Shown in pieces: positions 37,138 to 47,448 of a DNA stretch of 64,000 nucleotides (positions are counted from its first letter, which is position 1; the number at the start of each line of letters is the position of its first letter). The DNA is taken from IMG/VR virus record IMGVR_UViG_3300020499_000002; one strand, given 5' to 3'. A program made the translations under genes and the position numbers. The notes beneath the pieces were generated by a model, which was not told where the DNA came from, made no database searches, and worked only from the letters and a program-made list of their open reading frames with translations. This stretch comes from an uncultured virus (IMG/VR IMGVR_UViG_3300020499_000002) (lineage: Duplodnaviria > Heunggongvirae > Uroviricota > Caudoviricetes).

Positions 37138-39843
37138 TTGGCAGCAACTAGTACAACCACTACCACTTCAATAAATAATTCTGTAAGATCAGGCACGCAA
37201 CTAGTAGTAGATTCTATTTCTAGTACTCAAACGGTTGGTTCTTTTGCCACTGATATTTCATTACAACCATATATAAACAGCCGAATTATTTCTTTCTTAG
37301 CGTTTAATATGAGACCTAATGAAAGAATGCATATATTTTTCGATAGTATTAACGTTGATGAATATTGCGCTCCAGCAGTGATTGACGCCAATAACAAATA
37401 CGTATTACCTGCATCACTAGATAGTTCAGATTCAACTCAAATTGCTAAAAATGGTGATTGGGGTACACCAATATTTTCTGATTCTTTAGGTGTAGTAGCA
37501 GGGCAATTTTATATTCCTGCTGGTAAATTTAAAACTGGAGACAGGCTTGTTCAAATTACAGATGTAGACAGTTTAGTACTAGGAGGCTCTGCCTTTACTA
37601 CTATGTCTTCTGCATATTTTACAGCGTCAAATCTTAATGTTACTAAACAAGCAATAACTTTGACTACTGTAAACCCTGAATTGAGATCTATTCCTATTGA
37701 AGAATCAGTAGTAACCACGTCTACAAATGTTGTTATCAGAGAATTACCAGACATAATTAATGTAAGAGCTAATGCTTGGGAACCTATAGCACAAGCGTTG
37801 ACCATAAACACACCTCAAAACGAATCTGGCATTTTTGCAACTTCTTTAGAACTTTATTTTAAACAGAAAGCGCAAACCTCTGAACACGGCGTGACAGTTT
37901 ACCTGTGCGAGATAGATAACGGTTATCCTAATGGTAACGCTGTTCTTCCTTTTTCTAGAGTGCATTTACCATATAGTAATATCAACATAAGCAACACTTC
38001 TACAGTTTCTACCAAGTTCACTTTTGAAGCTCCTGTGTTTTTGGCTAATAAAACAACTTATGCATTTGTTGTAAAGCCAGACGCAAATGATCCAGATTAT
38101 TTTGTCTGGAGCGCAAATCTAGGCGACATCGACGTATCAACTGGATTTCAAGTTTCCAGCCAGCCAGCCATAGGAACAGCTTTTTATGGAGCTACTGAAA
38201 CACAATGGACAGCTCTTCAGACAGAATATATTAAGTTCAAACTTAACAGAGCAAGTTTTCAGTATAATTCTGCTAATGCGGTTTTTAATAATTCTAATAC
38301 TGAATATTTGACTGTTTTCAATTTAGGTTATAGTAATACTTCTGTAGGTATAGTACCAGGAGATATAGTTTTTAACTCGACCAATTCTTTGTCTAACTCT
38401 TCTGGAGGAACAGTTAATACTTCCATTAGAGCAACAGTTAATTATTATGATAGCGTTAGAGGAATTTTGTATTGCGAATCATCTACTGGTAATTTCGTTT
38501 CCAACACTTTTGTGCAAGTTCACAGATTCGCTAACAATTCATTATCTTCTTCGCCGAACAATGTCACTTTAATAGCGTATGCTAATACTTCTTCTCTTTA
38601 TAATCCTGGCGTTAATGCTCTTGTTCCTCAATTTGCTACTATTTCGCCTCCAGGAACAACTTTGAATTTCACATATACAGGAACTAATAACACATATTCT
38701 ATAGATTCCGAAGAGTATAAAGTTAATCCTGGTTATGAAACTGAATTTTACGATTATGAAAGAATTGTTGTTTCTAAATCAAATGAAATGGCCTCTATGA
38801 GCGGTAACAAATCTGTTACCATAAAAGGGAATATGACTACAGATACTGAATATTTGTCTCCTGTGATCGATACGGCCAGGCAACAAGAACTAGTAATTAA
38901 AAATGATATTGATCCTGTAGAAATCAAATATAATGAATTTTTCAATTCAGGTAACACGAAGTCAAAATATGTATCTCAAATAGTCACATTGGCTGACGGT
39001 CAAGATGCAGAAGATTTACAAGTTCTATTAACTGCATTCAAGCCTGTGGGTTCATCTATTCAAGTATGGGCTAAATTTCTAAACAAAGAAGATCCTCGAC
39101 CTATGAGTCAGCAAACATGGACTCCTTTGTTAAACGATTCAATTGATGTTTATTCTGACCCTAGTAATCCAAACGATTTCAGAGAATTGAAGTATTCACT
39201 AGGAAGTTATTACAGTAAAATTATAAGAACAGGAACTATTACATGTTCTAATACTAGCAACACTATTGCCGGTAATGGTACTTTGTTTACAACAGAACTA
39301 GAACCTGGATGGTATATTAATACTAAAACTTCTAAGGATATTCTTTTACAAGAAAGAACTAGAAAAATAGTATCTATTACTAATAGTACTAGTGTTGTAT
39401 TAGATAGCCCATTTTTTGGTAATTATACCAATGAACCTTATTATCTAGTTGCGCCTCCAACTACTGCTTGGTTGTCTACAGAGGCCTCTGTTCAATTAAC
39501 AGGAAACGTTAGCACATATACTACAAACAACAGCATAGTTGGTAACGGAACTTTGTTCGCAACTGAGTTACTGCCAGGTAATATAATTAATGTTGCTGGT
39601 GATTCTCAAACAATACTTTCTATCACTAATTCAACATTTTTGACAGTAGGCACGCCATGGTCGTCAAACAATTCAGGAGCTAATGCTTATGTTATAAGTG
39701 CTCCAGGCGTAACTTATCTTAATGAAAATTTGAATCTATATTCTTCGTTCAATAGATTTCAATTAAAAATTATACTTCAATCTAATGACACTTCTAAGGT
39801 TCCGATTATGGATGATCTTAGAGTTCTAGCTTTGCAGATGTGA
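37138..39843 (+). CDS. VrlC/DUF4815-like structural protein, C-terminal part
   Basis: TTG start with AGGAG RBS; MRPN....FFD, PIAQ, LYFK.K, LSPVID, F..FQLKI.L.S.....P...DLR.LAL. Confidence 0.88.
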   Translation: MAATSTTTTTSINNSVRSGTQLVVDSISSTQTVGSFATDISLQPYINSRIISFLAFNMRPNERMHIFFDSINVDEYCAPAVIDANNKYVLPASLDSSDSTQIAKNGDWGTPIFSDSLGVVAGQFYIPAGKFKTGDRLVQITDVDSLVLGGSAFTTMSSAYFTASNLNVTKQAITLTTVNPELRSIPIEESVVTTSTNVVIRELPDIINVRANAWEPIAQALTINTPQNESGIFATSLELYFKQKAQTSEHGVTVYLCEIDNGYPNGNAVLPFSRVHLPYSNINISNTSTVSTKFTFEAPVFLANKTTYAFVVKPDANDPDYFVWSANLGDIDVSTGFQVSSQPAIGTAFYGATETQWTALQTEYIKFKLNRASFQYNSANAVFNNSNTEYLTVFNLGYSNTSVGIVPGDIVFNSTNSLSNSSGGTVNTSIRATVNYYDSVRGILYCESSTGNFVSNTFVQVHRFANNSLSSSPNNVTLIAYANTSSLYNPGVNALVPQFATISPPGTTLNFTYTGTNNTYSIDSEEYKVNPGYETEFYDYERIVVSKSNEMASMSGNKSVTIKGNMTTDTEYLSPVIDTARQQELVIKNDIDPVEIKYNEFFNSGNTKSKYVSQIVTLADGQDAEDLQVLLTAFKPVGSSIQVWAKFLNKEDPRPMSQQTWTPLLNDSIDVYSDPSNPNDFRELKYSLGSYYSKIIRTGTITCSNTSNTIAGNGTLFTTELEPGWYINTKTSKDILLQERTRKIVSITNSTSVVLDSPFFGNYTNEPYYLVAPPTTAWLSTEASVQLTGNVSTYTTNNSIVGNGTLFATELLPGNIINVAGDSQTILSITNSTFLTVGTPWSSNNSGANAYVISAPGVTYLNENLNLYSSFNRFQLKIILQSNDTSKVPIMDDLRVLALQM

Positions 39844-39847
39844 TAAA

Positions 39848-40063
39848 ATGAATAATAAATATTACAGAACAGATTTTGAAGGTTTAGTAAAAGATCCGCA
39901 TAGCGGAGCAGTTTTGAACGTGGATAATAATAAATTGGAAGCATATAAAAAACAGAAAGCTGCTTTCATGTTAAATGTTGAAAATAATGAAAGAATCAAT
40001 AAAGTCGAAAAAGATCTTAACGAAATTAAAGAAATGTTAAATCAACTCTTAAAAAGAAGTTAA
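39848..40063 (+). CDS. conserved small coiled-coil protein following VrlC
   Basis: LVKDPHSGAVLN.D...Y...EIKEML.QLL. Confidence 0.8.
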   Translation: MNNKYYRTDFEGLVKDPHSGAVLNVDNNKLEAYKKQKAAFMLNVENNERINKVEKDLNEIKEMLNQLLKRS

Positions 40064-40066
40064 TAA

Positions 40067-43000
40067 ATGACAGTAAATGTTTCCAACGTAGGCACAAATA
40101 ATACTTTTGATTTTTGGCGCAATAGAACCAATGAAATGGCTTACACTTTTTCAGTGTTGGCTGTCACTGCCAATGGTTCTAATGCAGCTGTAGGTAATGC
40201 TGCGATTACTGGTAAATTTACTGCCGATTCTTTAGTTATTAATACAACTGCTCAAGTTAATAACGCTCTATTGGTTGGTAATAATACTGTAGATGCTTTT
40301 AATTTCACGTTAGTTAATACGTCAGCAATATCTGTAGGTAACTCTACAGTAAATTCTTTCTTGGATTTCAACTCTCTCAATACATATGCTGTTTATGTTG
40401 GTTCTAACGTTGTTGTTAATACCAATCAGTTGTTTATTACCAGTTCCACAGGTGGAAATACTACGAACGTAATAGCCAACAGCTCAACTCTACTTTTCAG
40501 ATCTAACACAACAGTAAATACAATAGCCAATTCTACATTAGTTCAGATTACTAATGGCGCTGCATTAGCTGTATTGAATTTCAATTCTTTATCTATTGGA
40601 AATTCTTTAGTAAATAGTACATCTATTTCTATGGTTGGTTCCAACAGCCTTTTTGCTAACACTGAAGCAGTGACTGTTGGATCTAATGTGTTCATGAACA
40701 CATCAACAATTGTAATCGGTAATACTTTTACAAATGTATTATCTAACTCTAGTTCAATTCTTGTTGGTAACACAACAATAAACACTTTCGCTAATTCTTC
40801 ATTAGTAAAAGTTGCTAACTCTACAATTTCGGCTAATATTGAACCGCATAGATTAATTGTAGGAACTTCAATAGTCAATAGCACAATTATTACAACTGGC
40901 GCTGGTGGTTTAGTTGCAAATACCACAGCCATTACAGTCGGTTCTAATGTTGTAGCTAACACCTCACAATTTATTATTAGTGTATCTACTTCTAACGTTT
41001 TGGTCAATGCCATAGCTGTGGATATTGGTAATACTACTGTAAATTCTCTGGCTAATGCTACTTTAATTAGAATAGCTAATTCTACAGGTTCTGCTAATCT
41101 TAATCCTATAAGTCTAACTATTGGAACTTCGCTAGTTAATAGCACCATTATTACAACTGGATCCAACAGTCTTATAGCTAATACTAGTACTGTAAGAGTT
41201 GCTGCTAATATTCAGATTAATACTTCTTCTTATTTCGTAGGCAATAGCACTTTATATTCAGATCAAAGTATTAATAGATTCATTATTGCTAATAATTCAG
41301 GATCGGCAAATCTAGATCCAATAAGTCTGACCGTTGGAACTTCTTTAGTAAACAGCACAGTTATCACAACTGGAGCTAGTGGGTTTACTGCCAATACTAC
41401 TGCTATGCAGGTTACAACTGCAACAATTGGCAACTCTTCAGGTTTTTGGACAACGGGAACAGTTAATGCAGCGATTCATTCAGTAGGAACATCAACTATC
41501 GCTAATAGTTCTGGTGTTTATACTACAGTAGTTAATGCAGCGATTCATTCAGTTGGAACTTCTACGATTGCTAATGCTACTGGTGTTTATACTGGTATTG
41601 TTAATGCGGCAGTTCATTCTGTTGGAACTTCCACAATCGCTAATGCTACTGGCGTTTACGCTACAATTGTAAACGCCGCAACATTAAGTGTTGGAACTTC
41701 TACGATTGCTAATGCTACTGGCGTATATACTGGCATTGTTAATGGTTCTAGTATTACAGTAGGAACATCAACAATTGCTAATGCTACTGGTGTATATACT
41801 GGCATTGTTAATGGTTCTAGTATCACTGTTGGAACCTCTACAATTGCAAATTCTACTGGTGTTTATACTCCTATCATTAACGCAGCAGTTCATTCTGTTG
41901 GAACTTCCACAATCGCCAATAGTTCTGGCGTTTACGCTCCTGTTGTTAACGCATCTACAATTAGCGTCGGAACTTCTTTTGTATCTAACTCTTCAGTGCT
42001 GAATCATACCGGAACGGCGAACATTTCAGGTAATGTTCAATTTAGTGGAACATATGCCAACGTGTCTGGTAATATGTTCGTCAGAGGCGATCTAGCAGTT
42101 TCTGGTAATATTAGTTATACTGGTATTTCTACAGCTGACCTTGTACCAGCAGTTGGTGACATTTATAGTCTAGGTAATACAACATTCAAATGGTCAACTC
42201 TTTGGTCTCAGTTTGCAAACGTAGCTCAAAGCATTACAGTAGGTAATACTTCTTTTATTAACGCTTCTGGCGCTTATGTTACTACAATTAATGCAGCAGT
42301 ACATTCTGTAGGAACATCAACTATCGCTAATTCTACTGGCGTTTATACTCCTATTATTAATGCAGCCTCTCATACAGTTGGAACTTCTACTATAGCCAAC
42401 TCCACTGGCGTTTACACTGGCGTTGTTAATGGTTCTAGTATTACTGTCGGAACATCAACTATAGCCAACTCCACTGGTGTTTACACTGGCGTTGTCAATG
42501 GATCCAGCGTTACAGTTGGTACTTCTACAATCGCTAATTCTACTGGAGTTTACACTGGCGTTGTTAATGCTTCTACTCTCAGCGTTGGATCTATTTTTAC
42601 TGCAAATGCTCTTGGTATTAATACTACAGCAGTTGATGCTTCGGTTGAAGTTGTAGTTGGTAATTCAACAGTTAATGTTATCGTAAGTAACACTTCTGTT
42701 AGAATATCGAATTCTACTACAAATGTTTCTATAACTAATCCTAATACTACTGCTATTTCATCAGGCCAATATTTCTTGAATGCTAATGGACAATGGAGTC
42801 TAGTAGTTACTGGACCTGTAACCAATGGCACTATTATTACTACCGGAACAAGCGCTCAAGAAATTGATGCCTATTCTATGGTTTCATTCCCAGCTGCTGA
42901 ATATATAATCAGCGTTGTTGATAATGTAGCCAACAATCGTTATATGTCAAAAATATTAACAACCCACGACAGAGCAACTGGATATATGACAGAATTTGCT

Positions 43001-43129
43001 ACTATAACAACAAACACAAACGTAGGAACATTTAGTTTCATAGCACCAAATGTATCACACGTTTCACTAAGATTTACTCCAGTATCTACTAACACTACAG
43101 TCAAATATGTCAGGACAATAGTAACGTAA
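40067..43129 (+). CDS. fibre protein with 23-aa repeats
   Basis: N-terminal NTFD.WR..TNE; N/S/T/V/G-rich repeats. Confidence 0.85.
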   Translation: MTVNVSNVGTNNTFDFWRNRTNEMAYTFSVLAVTANGSNAAVGNAAITGKFTADSLVINTTAQVNNALLVGNNTVDAFNFTLVNTSAISVGNSTVNSFLDFNSLNTYAVYVGSNVVVNTNQLFITSSTGGNTTNVIANSSTLLFRSNTTVNTIANSTLVQITNGAALAVLNFNSLSIGNSLVNSTSISMVGSNSLFANTEAVTVGSNVFMNTSTIVIGNTFTNVLSNSSSILVGNTTINTFANSSLVKVANSTISANIEPHRLIVGTSIVNSTIITTGAGGLVANTTAITVGSNVVANTSQFIISVSTSNVLVNAIAVDIGNTTVNSLANATLIRIANSTGSANLNPISLTIGTSLVNSTIITTGSNSLIANTSTVRVAANIQINTSSYFVGNSTLYSDQSINRFIIANNSGSANLDPISLTVGTSLVNSTVITTGASGFTANTTAMQVTTATIGNSSGFWTTGTVNAAIHSVGTSTIANSSGVYTTVVNAAIHSVGTSTIANATGVYTGIVNAAVHSVGTSTIANATGVYATIVNAATLSVGTSTIANATGVYTGIVNGSSITVGTSTIANATGVYTGIVNGSSITVGTSTIANSTGVYTPIINAAVHSVGTSTIANSSGVYAPVVNASTISVGTSFVSNSSVLNHTGTANISGNVQFSGTYANVSGNMFVRGDLAVSGNISYTGISTADLVPAVGDIYSLGNTTFKWSTLWSQFANVAQSITVGNTSFINASGAYVTTINAAVHSVGTSTIANSTGVYTPIINAASHTVGTSTIANSTGVYTGVVNGSSITVGTSTIANSTGVYTGVVNGSSVTVGTSTIANSTGVYTGVVNASTLSVGSIFTANALGINTTAVDASVEVVVGNSTVNVIVSNTSVRISNSTTNVSITNPNTTAISSGQYFLNANGQWSLVVTGPVTNGTIITTGTSAQEIDAYSMVSFPAAEYIISVVDNVANNRYMSKILTTHDRATGYMTEFATITTNTNVGTFSFIAPNVSHVSLRFTPVSTNTTVKYVRTIVT
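41460..42590 (+). repeat. 69-bp (23-aa) tandem repeats in two blocks
   Basis: VGTSTIAN(A/S)TGVYTG(I/V)VN(GS/AA) units, ~7 copies at 41460-41970 and ~4 at 42290-42590. Confidence 0.9.
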
Positions 43130-43458
43130 TGGCCACTAAAGCTAACTTAGTAATAGATCAAGGAACAACCTTTTCGACCGATTTAACATTGACGGACGAA
43201 AACGGAGACGCTTTGAATCTGAATGGCTATTCAGCAAACTCTCAAGTTAGAAAATGGTACTCATCTTCTAATGCTGCTGCAGTTTTCTCAACTTCTATAA
43301 ATGTAGTTTCTAGCATTGTTACAATATCATTAACAGCCAACCAAACTAGTAATCTAGTTGCTGGTAGATATGTCTACGATGTAGAACTTAATGATGGTTC
43401 TACAACTTCTAGAATTGTTGAGGGTATTATTACAGTCACACCTCAAGTCACGAGATAA
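43129..43458 (+). CDS. conserved small virion adaptor protein
   Basis: ANLVIDQGTTFS...GRYVYDVE......RIVEG.ITV.P.VT. Confidence 0.85.
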   Translation: MATKANLVIDQGTTFSTDLTLTDENGDALNLNGYSANSQVRKWYSSSNAAAVFSTSINVVSSIVTISLTANQTSNLVAGRYVYDVELNDGSTTSRIVEGIITVTPQVTR

Positions 43459-43460
43459 AA

Positions 43461-43736
43461 ATGGTAAACGTCGTAGTAGGTAGAAGAAGGGATATTCGCG
43501 TTTCCGCTAATGCAACAAGCGGAATCATAGACACAACAGTGCCTGTTACTATTAAAAATACGCCTACTTTATCAAGCATGGAATCTACACAAAGATTAGA
43601 TAGTTTGCTGGATGTCATTTCTAGCGGAGAAACTAATGGGGCGGTTCCTGTTTATGATTCTTCTATTGACAAATATGTAGTTCAAAAATTGAATTTAACT
43701 GATGTAGATGGCGGGTTAGATGGCGGGACGTTTTAA
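43461..43736 (+). CDS. small virion protein ending DGGTF
   Basis: LDSLLDV...NGAV.VYD....KY...LDGGTF. Confidence 0.8.
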   Translation: MVNVVVGRRRDIRVSANATSGIIDTTVPVTIKNTPTLSSMESTQRLDSLLDVISSGETNGAVPVYDSSIDKYVVQKLNLTDVDGGLDGGTF

Positions 43737-43739
43737 AAA

Positions 43740-43747
43740 TATAAATA
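43740..43747 (+). promoter_or_regulatory. T4-type late promoter
   Basis: intergenic TATAAATA. Confidence 0.8.
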
Positions 43748-43771
43748 TATAAAACAGGAGCAGTATTTTAA

Positions 43772-45745
43772 ATGTCCAATAAGATCCAAATTAAGAGATC
43801 TGTTTCTAATTCTACCGTTACAGGGTTATCCAACGGCGAACTAGCCTTTACTCAGGCCTCTAATACACTACACATAGGTCTTCCAGACGGTTCTGGCGTT
43901 CTTCGTATTGGGGGCGCTCAATATCCAGGAACTCTTACTAATAGTCATGCTCTAGTAGCAAATTCTACTGGCGGTATTGATAAAGCAATAGTAGCAAATT
44001 TAGTCCCTACTGGCATTTGGGCTAATGGTGCGGCTGGTTCCGCAGGGGATGTTCTTACCTCCAATGGTAGCGTAGTTTATTGGAAAGCTCCTTCCGCTGG
44101 AGTTGCAGGTTCAGACACTCAAGTGCAATTCAACGACGGCGGAAATCTTGCTGGCGATTCAGGTCTTACCTTTAATAAGACATCAGACACTTTAACAGTT
44201 TCAAATAATATTATTATTTCTGGCGTAACGGTAAGTTCTAATACTACTACAGGGGCTTTGACTGTTGCCGGAGGCCTTGGTGTTGCGGGAAGAATTAATA
44301 CTGGCGATTTAGCAGCTGGTAATGATTCGGTTTATTCTTCTCTTACAGGAACAACATTAGCCACAATTAACGTTTTTGCAACTTCAACTGTTAACGCTGC
44401 AGTTCTCAGTGTTGGCGGTTGGGTTATTGCTAACAATGGCGGTGTTTATACTAGTGGTATAGTCAATGCTGATATTCTAGCTGTCGGAACTAATTTTAGA
44501 GCAAATACTACTCGTGTTACTGTTGGTTCTGGCGTAGGGTTTTCTGCTAACGGTTCTTTGGGTTCGGCAAATCAGGTTCTTCGATCAAACGGTACTAGCA
44601 TTTATTGGGATGATGATGTTGGCGATATTTCGGCCATTACAGCTGGCAACGGTTTATCTGGCGGCGGAACCACAGGTGATATTACTGTTAGTTTACTAGC
44701 TAACAATGGTCTGATAGCCAATTCTTCAGGTTCGTTCGTAGATCCAGCAAATGGTGTTTATGTAGACGCTTCTGGTGTTGGCGTTCTTGCTAATAATGGT
44801 ATTGTTTCTAACTCCTCTGGAACATTTGCTAAATCTGCAAATGGTACTAATGTCGATTCAGCAGGCATTAACGTTGTTGGTGGTACAGGCGTTACTGTTA
44901 ACGCCAGTGGTGTGCATATCGGTCAGGCAGTAGGCACAACTTCTAGTGTAACATTTGCAAACGTAGTTACAACAGATCTTACTACTAGTGGAAATACAGT
45001 TCTAGGCGATTCTACTGCTGATACTCTTACAGTCGCAGCGCAAGTCAGTAGTAACGTTACTCCTTCAACTAATAACACATATCATTTAGGTAATAACACC
45101 CTTCGTTGGGCGCAAGTTCATGTCGCCAACGTTCATGGTGTTACTGGTACATTTGATGGCGACGTTCAAATTGCAGGCAGTCTCACCGTTTCAGGTAATG
45201 TTACCACCGTCAACGTAAGCTCTTTTGTTGTATCAGATCCTATGATCTATCTCGCTGGAAACAATTATGCCAGTGACGTCTTAGATATTGGTTTTGCAGC
45301 CAATTATCATGATATTTCAACAAATACAAATCTACACACTGGTCTATTCCGTGATGCTTCTGATGGGGGCATCTATAAACTGTTTACCGGTTCTGAGCAA
45401 GAACTATCTGGAAACAATACTGTAAATACTGCAGCTAATGGGTTTACATTAGCAATTCTACAGACTTATCTCCAATCTGGAGGATTGTATACCAATTCAA
45501 CTTCAGCAAATTTAATTGCTAATTCATCATATACGGTTGGTATTGTTGCTAACACTCTGTCTCTATCTACTGCACTAGCTGGCACATCAGGTGGTACAGG
45601 GTTGAATAACTATACAGCTGAAGATATCCTGGTTGCTAACTCGTCTAATGGATTCCGTAAACTAGCATTAGGAACTAGTGGTTATGTTCTTCAGTCCAAC
45701 GGTAGTGCTATCGTATACGACGTGTTAGACGGAGGCAGTTTTTAA
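43772..45745 (+). CDS. fibre protein
   Basis: IQIKRS...L..GELA N-terminus; AGSDTQVQFNDGG; HTGLFRDASD; ends LDGGSF. Confidence 0.85.
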   Translation: MSNKIQIKRSVSNSTVTGLSNGELAFTQASNTLHIGLPDGSGVLRIGGAQYPGTLTNSHALVANSTGGIDKAIVANLVPTGIWANGAAGSAGDVLTSNGSVVYWKAPSAGVAGSDTQVQFNDGGNLAGDSGLTFNKTSDTLTVSNNIIISGVTVSSNTTTGALTVAGGLGVAGRINTGDLAAGNDSVYSSLTGTTLATINVFATSTVNAAVLSVGGWVIANNGGVYTSGIVNADILAVGTNFRANTTRVTVGSGVGFSANGSLGSANQVLRSNGTSIYWDDDVGDISAITAGNGLSGGGTTGDITVSLLANNGLIANSSGSFVDPANGVYVDASGVGVLANNGIVSNSSGTFAKSANGTNVDSAGINVVGGTGVTVNASGVHIGQAVGTTSSVTFANVVTTDLTTSGNTVLGDSTADTLTVAAQVSSNVTPSTNNTYHLGNNTLRWAQVHVANVHGVTGTFDGDVQIAGSLTVSGNVTTVNVSSFVVSDPMIYLAGNNYASDVLDIGFAANYHDISTNTNLHTGLFRDASDGGIYKLFTGSEQELSGNNTVNTAANGFTLAILQTYLQSGGLYTNSTSANLIANSSYTVGIVANTLSLSTALAGTSGGTGLNNYTAEDILVANSSNGFRKLALGTSGYVLQSNGSAIVYDVLDGGSF

Positions 45746-45770
45746 TTTTCTTTGACAAAGGAATTATACT

Positions 45771-46271
45771 ATGGAAACTAATGAAGGTCAAGAAATTTAT
45801 TTCAAACAATACATCCAGAGGCAGGAAAATCTGCTTCTGGATTTTATTCGTAAAAATACCGATTTAGAAATTAGAGTTTCTGCTCTATCTTTCTCGTTAA
45901 AAGATATAACTTCCAAATACGAAGAATCTCAAAAACAAGTTTCAATACAAAACGATTTGATGCAACAAGCAGCAAACAGTGTAGAAAAACTTACTATTGA
46001 GAAAATGAATCTAGAGAAAAAAGAAACAGATAATAATAAAATAATAGAAGATTTGAAAAAGAATCTTCATGATTGTAAAGAAGAAAGAAAAAAGATTTTA
46101 AAAGATTTTGATGAATTTAAAAAATCTAATAAAAATTACGAAGATCTGAGTAAAGAATATGCTCGTCAAAACGAAGAAATGAATAAAGTATATTCTGAAA
46201 ATAAACAATTAAAAGATAAAACTATAAATAAAACTAAACCTCAGGCAATATTGCCTCCGGATGAATTTTAA
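45771..46271 (+). CDS. coiled-coil protein
   Basis: K/E/Q heptads. Confidence 0.8.
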   Translation: METNEGQEIYFKQYIQRQENLLLDFIRKNTDLEIRVSALSFSLKDITSKYEESQKQVSIQNDLMQQAANSVEKLTIEKMNLEKKETDNNKIIEDLKKNLHDCKEERKKILKDFDEFKKSNKNYEDLSKEYARQNEEMNKVYSENKQLKDKTINKTKPQAILPPDEF

Positions 46272-46308
46272 ATTTCTCAGTATATACTGAGTTTCAGAGG
46301 AGCCTAGA

Positions 46309-47448
46309 ATGGCCAACACAGTTTTCAAACTGCGACGTTCATCAGTCGCAGGTAAAGTTCCTACCACAACAGATATTGCTATTGGCGAATTGGCAATAAA
46401 TCTTACTGATAGAAAACTGTATTCTTCTGATGGTTCTAATACTTGGGAAATTGGAGCTAATCTTACATCTATAAGCGTTTCCGCTAATTCTACAGTAAAC
46501 AATATTATCATTTCTGGTGGAATATTTGCCAATGGTGGATTTGGTAATTCTGGGCAAGTTTTAACTTCTAATGGTTCAGCAACTTATTGGACTAGTTCTA
46601 GCGGCGCAGGAACAGTAACACAAGTTAATACTGGAATTGGACTTACTGGAGGTCCAATCACATCTTCAGGAACTATAGAAGTTGTAGCCAATAGTGGCAT
46701 AGTTGCTAACTCTTCAGGGGTGTTTGTTAAAGCTGGTAATAATGTTACTGTAAATTCAACTGGCGTTCATGTTATTGGCTCTGGTTATGTCAGACAATCG
46801 TTTACCGGTAATGGTTCTAATACGATATTCACAATATCTGGAGGTTATACATCTAATAATCTTGATGTATATGTTAATGGTATTAGATATAATAGTTCAG
46901 AAGTAGATGTGTCGTCGGGCACAACAATTACTTTTACAACAGCTCCTTTATCTGGCGCTTTGATTGAAGTTGTTGGTATAACTGCTGGCGTTCTGAATTA
47001 TACAACCGTTAATACTGATTTAGCCTATACTTGGACAAATACGCACACTTTTAGTAATACAGTAACATTAAACGCTGTTTCAGCAAACGGTTCTCTAGGC
47101 ACCGCCAATCAGGTATTAACGACAAACGGTTCAGTTGTGTATTGGGCAAATGCTTCTGGTGGTAGCGGTGGCGGTTCTTGGATTCAAAAAACTTCTGGGT
47201 ATACCGCCGTCAAAGGCGAATGGATCATGTGTGATACGAGCTCCGGAGCATTTACAGTTACATTACCAGCCTCTCCTAATACTAATGATTATGTAAAAAT
47301 AAACGTTGGGCCAGTGGCTTCAACAAATAATATAACAATTGGAAGAAATGGCTCTACAATTATGTCATTGAGCGAAAATATGACTATAAATGACAATAAT
47401 ATTACAGTAGAGTTTGTTTATAATGGTTCAACTTGGAGAATAGCATAA
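46309..47448 (+). CDS. fibre protein
   Basis: KLRRS...GKVP......GELAINL.DRKLY; C-terminal DTSSGAFTVTLPASP...W. Confidence 0.85.
   Translation: MANTVFKLRRSSVAGKVPTTTDIAIGELAINLTDRKLYSSDGSNTWEIGANLTSISVSANSTVNNIIISGGIFANGGFGNSGQVLTSNGSATYWTSSSGAGTVTQVNTGIGLTGGPITSSGTIEVVANSGIVANSSGVFVKAGNNVTVNSTGVHVIGSGYVRQSFTGNGSNTIFTISGGYTSNNLDVYVNGIRYNSSEVDVSSGTTITFTTAPLSGALIEVVGITAGVLNYTTVNTDLAYTWTNTHTFSNTVTLNAVSANGSLGTANQVLTTNGSVVYWANASGGSGGGSWIQKTSGYTAVKGEWIMCDTSSGAFTVTLPASPNTNDYVKINVGPVASTNNITIGRNGSTIMSLSENMTINDNNITVEFVYNGSTWRIA

Noticed and set aside
40543..41166. 207-aa antisense ORF and similar antisense ORFs across the fibre genes
   Set aside because: Arise from stop-poor reverse frames of N/S/T/V/A-rich genes.
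41460..42590. Regular repeats that could be a CRISPR array
   Set aside because: In-frame 69-bp coding repeats with synonymous variation, no unique spacers and no cas genes.
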